Assembly (NCBI GenBank): GCA_964392925.1 | Contig: CAYMRP010000001.1 | Span: 229,585 to 293,584 of the forward strand | Direction of reading: 5' to 3' | Origin: an uncultured Gammaproteobacteria bacterium | GTDB taxonomy: Bacteria > Patescibacteriota > Microgenomatia > Daviesbacterales > UBA10151 | DNA length: 64,000 nucleotides | Shown here: positions 46,589-54,406 of the stretch, piece after piece | Layout: each line of letters opens with the position of its first letter | Position numbering within the stretch: the first letter of the stretch is position 1 | Position numbers and translations under genes: made by a program | The notes under the pieces: generated by a model | What the model was told of the DNA's origin: nothing | Seen by the model: the letters and a program-made list of their open reading frames with translations, nothing else | The model's database searches: none

Positions 46589-46704
46589 TAATTGACCTAA
46601 TTGATCTAATCACCTAAACAAATCCCAATATCCAAAATCTCAATTAAAAAATTTGGTCATTGTGCTTGATTAGAAATTAGAGTACTTAGAAATTAGGTCA
46701 ATTA
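46589..46704. repeat. Perfect 14-bp inverted repeat pair (TAATTGACCTAATT ... AATTAGGTCAATTA) bracketing the dinB upstream region
   Basis: Copy 1 is at 46589-46602 and copy 2 at 46691-46704, abutting the dinB ATG at 46706. Additional TTAGAAATTAG direct repeats lie inside. Confidence 0.55.
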
Positions 46705-46705
46705 T

Positions 46706-47992
46706 ATGAAATATATTATCCACATCGATTTCAATTCTTTTTTTGCCACAGTTGAGCAGCAGGCTAATCCGCGCTTAAGAGGTAAACCAATTGGCGTAAC
46801 TGGGGGTGATCGCCTTACGCGTACCGTTGTTGGTGCCGCTTCAGTCGAGGCTAAACTAAGAGGTGTTCATACCGGCATGAAAATCCCCGATGCTCTTAAA
46901 CTCTGTCCAGATCTGATTTTAGTTAAAGGCGATTCCGATAAATATCTTTCTATAACTAAAAAATTCCTTAACATCTTAAAAGACTATTCCGATAAACTGG
47001 AAGTCTTTTCAATAGATGAAGTCTTCCTGGAAATTGATTTAGACAAATCCGGTCCCGTGGCCGGCAATGCAAATATATCTCCTGAGGAGAGATTACTGAG
47101 GTTGGGGTCTGAAATTAAACAAAAAATCCGCGACCAGGCCGGAGAATGGATCAGCTGTTCGATTGGCATCTCCTATAACAAAATGCTGGCTAAACTCGCG
47201 GGCAGTCTTTATAAACCCGATGGCTTGGTGGGCATATTCGATCCTGAATCAGCAGTTTGGATATTAGATAGGCGCGAGTTAGACGACGTTTGTGGAATCG
47301 GATATCGGACTAAACGCAAACTTAATAACATGGGAATTTTCAATTTTAAAGATTTAAGAGAAATTCCTTTGCCAAATTTACTTGCCTCATTTAAAAGTTA
47401 CGGCCAGATTTTATATAATTTTGCCCGCGGCATTGACGATAGGGAAGTCATTCCTTTTTTTGAAAAGCCTGAAGTGAAATCAATCGGCCATCAATACACA
47501 ATTAGTAAAGATATCGATAATCCTCTAGAAATAAAACAAACTCTTCTTAAAATCTGCGAACTCGTAGCCCGCCGGGCCAGAGCCAAAAAACTAGAAGGCC
47601 GCAAAGTCAGCTTCGGCTTCCGTTACGCTTTTAATCTAGCCTATTTTCAGGAAACCGGCACTCAATTTCACGGTGAAGGTATGCAGTGCACCATGCCTTA
47701 TACTAATGATGGGCTGGAAATATTTAATGCCGCCTGGAGAAGTTTCAACAAGCTTTGGGACGGCCGGCCTATCCGGTTTGTCGCCGTATCTTTAGGTAAT
47801 GTTAAGCCGACAACTCCTCAAACTCTCAGTTTACTGGAAGAAGTTAATAGACGGGATATTATTACCAGAGCCCTCGATTCTGTTAACGACAGATATGGCG
47901 AATTTACTCTCCAAAGAGGAATTTTACTTAACTCAAGAAGTATAAAAAGAATGGCCAACTCTTTTATGTCAGACAGAAGATTTAAAATCTAA
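46706..47992 (+). CDS. dinB: Y-family DNA polymerase (DNA polymerase IV, DinB-like)
   Basis: The N-terminus IIHIDFNSFFATVEQ is the Y-family catalytic motif. The remaining sequence is consistent with UmuC/DinB palm, finger and little-finger domains. Confidence 0.9.
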   Translation: MKYIIHIDFNSFFATVEQQANPRLRGKPIGVTGGDRLTRTVVGAASVEAKLRGVHTGMKIPDALKLCPDLILVKGDSDKYLSITKKFLNILKDYSDKLEVFSIDEVFLEIDLDKSGPVAGNANISPEERLLRLGSEIKQKIRDQAGEWISCSIGISYNKMLAKLAGSLYKPDGLVGIFDPESAVWILDRRELDDVCGIGYRTKRKLNNMGIFNFKDLREIPLPNLLASFKSYGQILYNFARGIDDREVIPFFEKPEVKSIGHQYTISKDIDNPLEIKQTLLKICELVARRARAKKLEGRKVSFGFRYAFNLAYFQETGTQFHGEGMQCTMPYTNDGLEIFNAAWRSFNKLWDGRPIRFVAVSLGNVKPTTPQTLSLLEEVNRRDIITRALDSVNDRYGEFTLQRGILLNSRSIKRMANSFMSDRRFKI

Positions 47993-48014
47993 AATCAGCC
48001 GCTTTAAAACCTTT

Positions 48015-50456
48015 TTATTTTGATAGTAATTGTTCTTCTTTATGAATCCTTTTTATTGATGCCACAATCGAATCAGGATTCAGTGAGATTGATTCAATCC
48101 CTAAAGATACTAAAAAGGCTGCAAAATCCGGATAATCCGAAGGAGCCTGGCCGCAAATTCCAATATACTTATTTTTCTTCTTACAGACCTTTATAACTTC
48201 CGTTATCATCTTTTTAACAGCCTCATTATTCTCATTTGCAATGGACCGGATTTTCTCATTGCCGTCTCTATCAATTCCTAATGTCAGTTGAGTTAAATCG
48301 TTTGAACCAATACTCATCCCATCAAATATTTTTAAGAATTCTTCCGCCATCAAAACATTAGAAGGTATTTCGCACATAACATAAAACTTCAATGTTGGAT
48401 CCTTCTTTCTGGATAGCCCGTTATCTTCCATTAGTTTTATAACTTTTTGACCTTCCTCAACAGTTCGACAGAAAGGAACCATCACAATTGTATTAATTAA
48501 TCCGAATTCATTCCTAACTTTCTTTAAAGCTTCAACCTCAAGCAAAAATGCCTCCTTAAAATCAGGAGAATAATAACGGGAAGCTCCTCTCCATCCAATC
48601 ATCGGATTCTCTTCTTCCGGCTCATAAAGTGATCCGCCCAAAAGTGAGCGATATTCATTAGTTTTAAAATCTGAAAGTCTAACTATTACCGGGCTTGGAT
48701 AAAATGCAGCTGAAATCTTCGCGATTCCTGAAGCCAGATTATCAATATAAAATTGCTTCTTATCTTTATACCCAGCTGTCTTCTTTTCGATTTCTCTCTT
48801 CAATTCGGAATCCAGCGTATCGAAATTTATTAGAGCATTTGGATGAATACCTATGTAGTCAGCAATAATAAATTCCTCTCGCGCCAGTCCGACTCCTGAG
48901 TTGGGTAAAAATGATTTTTCAAAAGCTGTATCAGGTGTTGCGATATTTATCATTATTTTGGTTTTTGTTTTCGGCAGATTTTTAGTATCAATTTCAGAAA
49001 CATTAAATTTCAATATACCTTTAAAAACCAAACCCTCTGAACCCGCCGTGTCAACAGTAATATCCTCGCCAGTTTTTATAACTTTTGTCGCATTCTCAGT
49101 TCCCACCACACAAGGAATGCCAAGTTCCCGGGAAACAATTGCTGCATGCGAAGTTCTGCCTCCCTTATCCGTAATAATTCCCGAGGCAATTTTCATTATC
49201 GGTTCCCAGTTAGGATCTGTAATCGATGTAATTAGAATTTCCCCTTTTTGGAATTGATTGATTTCTGACGCTGAATGAATAACTCTGGCTTTACCTGATG
49301 AGATTGCATTCCCCACCGAAGCACCGCGGGTTATAACAGTCCCTTTCTCGCTCATCTCATATTCTTTAATCTTGGTATTATCTTTTTCAGCCTGAACTGT
49401 CTCCGGCCGCGCCTGAACAATATAAAGCTTTCCGTCCCGGCCGTCTTTTGCCCACTCCATATCCATCGGAGTCCATTTTCCGTGAAGTCTTGAATAATGA
49501 TTCTCAATCTCAAGCCCCCACTTTGCAAGTTCAAAAACTTCCTCATTAGTTATTGCAAATTTTTCTTGATCAGATTTACTGACATCAACAATCATAGTTG
49601 GGTGGTCACCTTTTGAATAAATCATTTTTCTCTCCTTTACTCCGAGCCGTTTTTCTATTAGAGGTAAGTATTTTTTGTTACTAAAAAACTTTTTAATCGG
49701 ATGGGTTTCTTTTGATTGGAGAAGAGTTGGTTTAAACACTAAAAATTCATCTGGTGTAACCGCACCCTGAACAATCATTTCACCCAGTCCATAAGTGGCA
49801 TTGATTAACACAACATTAGAAAATCCGGATTCAGTATCAACTGTGAACATAATACCTGAGGCGGCTAAATCTGAACGAATCATCTTCTGAACCCCAACTG
49901 ATAGAGCCACCTTAAAATGCTTAAATCCTTTATCTTCTCTGTAGGAAATTGCTCGGTCTGTAAAGAGGGAAGCGAAAGCCGCTCTAACCGCAATTAGCAC
50001 TTTGTCGATTCCGACAACATTCAGGAAAGTTTCATGTTCACCTGCGAAGCTAGCACCAGGTAGGTCTTCAGCAGTAGCCGAAGAACGGACAGCAAAATCA
50101 GAATCTCTGCCGTAGTCTTTTTCAACTATCTTATGAATCTTTCTAATATCCTCCTCTAAATCTTTTGGGAAGGGGGTTTCTTTAAATTTTTCCCGGATTT
50201 TTTTGCCTGCCTCGGAAAGTGCCTTTAAGTTCTTCGTGTTAAGGTCCTTTAAACTATCTTCAATAAACTTATCCAGTCCTGATTCTTTGACAAAATGTCT
50301 ATATCCTGAAGCTGTAACAATGAATCCTCCAGGTACTCTCACTCCCTTTTTAGCTAAGCTGCTAATCATTTCCCCTAACGAGGCATTTTTACCTCCTGCC
50401 TCAGCCACATCAGTCATTCTCACTTCTGACAGTTTTCTTACAAATGGGGAGGTCAT
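48015..50456 (-). CDS. ppsA: Phosphoenolpyruvate synthase (pyruvate, water dikinase)
   Basis: The N-terminus AGGKNASLGEMI is present. The phospho-histidine domain carries GGRTSHAAIVSRELGIPCVVG. A C-terminal PEP-utilising TIM-barrel domain follows. The size is 813 aa. Confidence 0.9.
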   Translation of the reverse strand: MTSPFVRKLSEVRMTDVAEAGGKNASLGEMISSLAKKGVRVPGGFIVTASGYRHFVKESGLDKFIEDSLKDLNTKNLKALSEAGKKIREKFKETPFPKDLEEDIRKIHKIVEKDYGRDSDFAVRSSATAEDLPGASFAGEHETFLNVVGIDKVLIAVRAAFASLFTDRAISYREDKGFKHFKVALSVGVQKMIRSDLAASGIMFTVDTESGFSNVVLINATYGLGEMIVQGAVTPDEFLVFKPTLLQSKETHPIKKFFSNKKYLPLIEKRLGVKERKMIYSKGDHPTMIVDVSKSDQEKFAITNEEVFELAKWGLEIENHYSRLHGKWTPMDMEWAKDGRDGKLYIVQARPETVQAEKDNTKIKEYEMSEKGTVITRGASVGNAISSGKARVIHSASEINQFQKGEILITSITDPNWEPIMKIASGIITDKGGRTSHAAIVSRELGIPCVVGTENATKVIKTGEDITVDTAGSEGLVFKGILKFNVSEIDTKNLPKTKTKIMINIATPDTAFEKSFLPNSGVGLAREEFIIADYIGIHPNALINFDTLDSELKREIEKKTAGYKDKKQFYIDNLASGIAKISAAFYPSPVIVRLSDFKTNEYRSLLGGSLYEPEEENPMIGWRGASRYYSPDFKEAFLLEVEALKKVRNEFGLINTIVMVPFCRTVEEGQKVIKLMEDNGLSRKKDPTLKFYVMCEIPSNVLMAEEFLKIFDGMSIGSNDLTQLTLGIDRDGNEKIRSIANENNEAVKKMITEVIKVCKKKNKYIGICGQAPSDYPDFAAFLVSLGIESISLNPDSIVASIKRIHKEEQLLSK

Positions 50457-50522
50457 AACTTCATATTAGTTAACTTAATCTAAAGAAGCAACAGGGGTCT
50501 TAAATAAAAGGAGGTCTTTGAA

Positions 50523-51944
50523 TTATATTGTAGCTATTCGGATTGTGTTTGTAGTTCCAGATACTCCGGCGGTAGTACCAATCACAATTACTACCCGGTC
50601 GCCCTTTTTTAAATCATGGCGGCGGGAAACCTGCTCCATAACATGTTCGTAAAATAAATTAAAGTTTATAGTTGAATGAACCACAATTGGTTCAACACCC
50701 CAAACTAAAGCTAACTGATTTCTGGTTTGGGTGTCATGAGTCACTGCAATAATCTTCGCTGCCGGTCTGAATGCAGAAGTTGTTTTAGCAGTTCTTCCGG
50801 TTGCAGTTCCAGTTATAATTGCTTTTGCTCCAACTCTTTCTCCTAAAGATGCGCTCGATGCGGCAATAGCCATAAAATCGAGTTCCGCCACATTTAAATT
50901 ATTCCAGTGGATCGTAATCGAATGATGATAATCAGGATGTGATTCAACTGAATCAATAATATTCTTCATTTGCGCTACAGCCTCGACCGGATATTTTCCT
51001 GAAGCGGACTCTGCTGATAACATCACCGCATCAACCTGATCTAAAACAGCGTTTGCCACATCTGAAACCTCAGCCCTAGTGGGTCGGGGATTCTCGGTCA
51101 TCGATTCCAGCATTTGAGTTGCTACAATAACTGGTTTTCTATACTGGCGGCAAAGATTAATTATTTTTTCCTGATAAATTGGCACCTGAGCGTTGTTAGT
51201 CTCAATCGCTAAATCTCCGCGGGCCACCATTACTGCATCTGCTGCATCAATAATCGATTCGATATTTTCAATTGCCTCTTTCTTCTCAATTTTTACAATG
51301 ATTTTAACTTTCGGATTAATTTCATCGATTAATTTCTTAACCGGCTTTATATCCTCAACAGTCTGTACAAAAGATAAAGCTACATAATCAACTCCAGCCT
51401 TCAAAGCAAACACCGCATCATCATGATCTTTTTTGGTAAAAGAGGCGCTTCCTAAGTTTGAATCTGGAACATTAACTCCTTTATTGGATGAAACAACTCC
51501 TGAATTGAGAGCTTTTCCTGTCAGTACTTTGCCGTGAACGCCGGTTATTTCAACTGCAATTAACCCATCGTTCAAGAAGAGTCGATCGCCTTTTTTTACA
51601 AAAGGGGATAAATCAAACTGAATAGGTAATTCATCATCCTCTGGAGTAATAGAGATCTTGATTGTCTCGCCGGTTTCAATTCTTTTAATTCCGTCAATAA
51701 TACCTAATCGGAGTTTAGGACCTTGCAGATCTGCAAAGACTGCAATTGGTTTCTCTAAATCTTCAGAAATACGTCGTGCTGATCTAATTTGCTCTGCTTT
51801 TTCTTCATGAGATCCATGAGACATATTTAAACGAACTACATCCATTCCAGCCTCAGCCAGGCTTTTCATTGCCTCAAAATCCCAAGATGAAGGACCGATT
51901 GTGCACACTATTTTTGTTTTACGGAAATATCCTGAATCTTTCAT
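50523..51944 (-). CDS. pyk: Pyruvate kinase
   Basis: KIVCTIGPSS, MVARGDLAIE and the length of about 470 aa all fit pyruvate kinase. Confidence 0.9.
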   Translation of the reverse strand: MKDSGYFRKTKIVCTIGPSSWDFEAMKSLAEAGMDVVRLNMSHGSHEEKAEQIRSARRISEDLEKPIAVFADLQGPKLRLGIIDGIKRIETGETIKISITPEDDELPIQFDLSPFVKKGDRLFLNDGLIAVEITGVHGKVLTGKALNSGVVSSNKGVNVPDSNLGSASFTKKDHDDAVFALKAGVDYVALSFVQTVEDIKPVKKLIDEINPKVKIIVKIEKKEAIENIESIIDAADAVMVARGDLAIETNNAQVPIYQEKIINLCRQYRKPVIVATQMLESMTENPRPTRAEVSDVANAVLDQVDAVMLSAESASGKYPVEAVAQMKNIIDSVESHPDYHHSITIHWNNLNVAELDFMAIAASSASLGERVGAKAIITGTATGRTAKTTSAFRPAAKIIAVTHDTQTRNQLALVWGVEPIVVHSTINFNLFYEHVMEQVSRRHDLKKGDRVVIVIGTTAGVSGTTNTIRIATI

Positions 51945-52023
51945 AACCTATAGTTGATTTTACACTTTAATAGCTCTTTTGTAAAGAAATCCCAATTCTG
52001 AATATATTGTATACTATATATTA

Positions 52024-52980
52024 ATGAAAGTCTTAGTAGCGGGTGGAGCTGGTTTCCTTGGTTCAAATCTTTGCGAGTATCTCCTCAAACAGGGCAATGA
52101 AGTCATCTGCGCCGATAATTTTATAACCGGTAACCCTAAAAACATAGAACATTTAAAATCAAATCCTAACTTCCGCATCGAAAATCTGGACATTACTAAA
52201 ATTGGAGCTCTAAACGCCTTAGTTGTTGACCGTGTTTATCATTTAGCCTCACCAGCCTCTCCAAATAAACATAGTAAAAAAAGTTATATGGCTTTGCCTT
52301 TTGAAACTATGAACGCCAATACAAATGGCACTTGGATGTTAGCCGACTTCGCCAAAAAGCACGGTGCCAAATTCTTATTTGCCTCAACCTCGGAAATATA
52401 CGGCGACCCCTTAGAACATCCTCAAAAAGAAGAATATAAAGGCAATGTTTCGACCACTGGAATTAGAAGTGTTTATGATGAGGCCAAAAGATTCGGCGAA
52501 ACCATCGTTTCAGCCTACGTTAGGTACCAAGACTTAGACGGCCGGATAATTAGGATTTTCAATACTTATGGCCCGAGAATGGATTTAGAAGACGGCCGGG
52601 CAGTTATTGAATTTGTCACCAAAGCCCTAAAGAATCAGCCTATTCCCATTTTTGGTGACGGCTCTCAAACCCGTTCATTTTGTTATGTTGATGATCTTAT
52701 TGAAGGGATTGTTAAAGCTATGGAAACCATCGGTACTAAAGGTAAAATTTATAATCTCGGCAACCCAGAAGAATTTACGATTCATCAACTTGCCGAAACT
52801 GTTAAACGGATTACTTCCTCCTCGTCAGAGATTCAGTTTGTCGAAGCTCTACCCGAAGACGATCCTAAAAAACGAAAGCCAGATATCACCCGCGCCAAGC
52901 AGACTCTTAGCTGGGAGCCTTTAATCGGACTAGAAGAAGGACTTGGTAAATTAATTCATTTTCTAAAAAATCAAACCTAA
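52024..52980 (+). CDS. UDP-glucuronate decarboxylase (UDP-xylose synthase)-like NAD-dependent epimerase/dehydratase
   Basis: VLVAGGAGFLGSNLCEYLL is a GxxGxxG motif. The YxxxK catalytic motif is present. The sequence is UXS-like throughout. Confidence 0.8.
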   Translation: MKVLVAGGAGFLGSNLCEYLLKQGNEVICADNFITGNPKNIEHLKSNPNFRIENLDITKIGALNALVVDRVYHLASPASPNKHSKKSYMALPFETMNANTNGTWMLADFAKKHGAKFLFASTSEIYGDPLEHPQKEEYKGNVSTTGIRSVYDEAKRFGETIVSAYVRYQDLDGRIIRIFNTYGPRMDLEDGRAVIEFVTKALKNQPIPIFGDGSQTRSFCYVDDLIEGIVKAMETIGTKGKIYNLGNPEEFTIHQLAETVKRITSSSSEIQFVEALPEDDPKKRKPDITRAKQTLSWEPLIGLEEGLGKLIHFLKNQT

Positions 52981-53147
52981 GTAATTAATCTATAACCTGC
53001 CTTAAATTATTGGAAAACCCCATTAAAGATAATTGATTTTGCTCTAGCCTTAAAAATTGATATAATACTCGAGCACCAAGGGGTACAAGCATTTCATCTA
53101 TTTCTTGTTCTAAAAAAGTGGATAGCAGAAAATGTTTGGGTTCGATT

Positions 53148-53220
53148 GCCCCCGTAGCTCAGTGGATAGAGCAAGACGGTTCTAACGTTTTGGTCGGGGG
53201 TTCGAGTCCCTCCGGGGGTG
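53148..53220 (+). tRNA. tRNA-Arg (anticodon TCT), CCA not encoded
   Basis: The sequence is GCCCCCGTAGCTCAGTGGATAGAGCAAGACGGTTCTAACGTTTTGGTCGGGGGTTCGAGTCCCTCCGGGGGTG. The anticodon loop is GTTCTAA, and G32 is unusual. The 5' end may be off by one. Confidence 0.75.
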
Positions 53221-53389
53221 CAAAACAAAAAGTTAGGCTTTTACGCCTGGCTCTTTTTGTTTTAACTCTCAGGAGAACTCAACTGCGATTTAGCCTCAAG
53301 ACTTCGGCATTTTAATTTGATTATTTACCAATAGATGCTTGTAATTTATCAGCGGAAGCAAGTTCGGCTTTGCAAAGCAAAGAGTGTAT

Positions 53390-53408
53390 AGTCCCTCCGG
53401 GGGTGCAA
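53390..53408 (+). repeat. 19-nt direct duplicate of the tRNA-Arg(TCT) 3' end (agtccctccgggggtgcaa), att-site-like
   Basis: The sequence is identical to 53205-53223 (tRNA T-loop to 3' end plus 3 nt of flank). Between the two copies a long hairpin (AAAACAAAAAG...CTTTTTGTTTT, 53224-53265) sits at the tRNA 3' end. Confidence 0.6.
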
Positions 53409-53528
53409 TATCGCTATAACAATCTAATCGTTTACCCAAAATTTTACACCCTCTATTTTTGAAGCTAATTTGGTTCCAAGTATAGTCTTATAGTGTATTT
53501 CTGAGCCTGTTTAGAGTATAATTCCATA

Positions 53529-54269
53529 ATGATAGGCGAAGTTTTAAGACCACATGAGTTTGATGAGCGAAATCTTTTTGCTCGATTTCTCGAGCGATCA
53601 AGGGCTTCCAATATCCCTATGAACTTCACTCAGGCAGAAAGAAGAATTGTTGCAGCTGTTACCCCTGAACTATTAGTACCCCATTCTAGATTTACAGGGA
53701 TTTCTCCAGATTACACAGAAATTGCTGCTGGGTTAGTTCAGAGAGTATTTCCTACCCCTGATCTAGCCATTTATGCATTAATGTACGGAAAAACAGTCTC
53801 TTCTTTTAAGTATTGGGATCACTTTAATTCTCAAATAAGTCCAATGAGAGATGAATACCAAAAAAGGAACTCTGATTATAATGAATTTATAGAACGTATG
53901 GCAGGCCATTTTAATTGCCAAACCGATCAAGCCCCACTTCATGCCTTAAGCAGGCCAATTACAGCTGATGACATGAACTTCTATAGTGGTAGGATTACAG
54001 AACTAGAGCCTATTATTAAAAATGTTAATGAAGTCTCGGAACAAGTAAAGGGCTTAGCCGAATTTTCCGCTAGAACGATTATGGCGCAAGAATCAGCATG
54101 GACCTTGCCTTTTACAGATCTTGATATTGCTGTCCTTGAAATGATGGGTGGAAAAGTTAAAGAAGGCCCTCGTCCTACTGTGGAAGATTTGCAAGGTGTT
54201 AGAACTTACATGGAAGATTATTTTGCGGATGAGAAAAACAGAGATAGAATAGCGCGTATCGGAGAATAG
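53529..54269 (+). CDS. Hypothetical cytoplasmic protein (orphan gene next to the tRNA-Arg att-like repeat)
   Basis: The 246-aa ORF has no TM segment and no recognised motif. Confidence 0.5.
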   Translation: MIGEVLRPHEFDERNLFARFLERSRASNIPMNFTQAERRIVAAVTPELLVPHSRFTGISPDYTEIAAGLVQRVFPTPDLAIYALMYGKTVSSFKYWDHFNSQISPMRDEYQKRNSDYNEFIERMAGHFNCQTDQAPLHALSRPITADDMNFYSGRITELEPIIKNVNEVSEQVKGLAEFSARTIMAQESAWTLPFTDLDIAVLEMMGGKVKEGPRPTVEDLQGVRTYMEDYFADEKNRDRIARIGE

Positions 54270-54406
54270 ACTTTATCACTTAACTATTTCTAATCCCTAA
54301 TGGTAGTACAAAGCTTACTGTGGACTAAAGCTAGACTTTAATAACTCATCCCAGGCTCTAATTGAACCTAGAAGCTGATTCCAATTGTTAGGGTAGTGAT
54401 TGGGTC

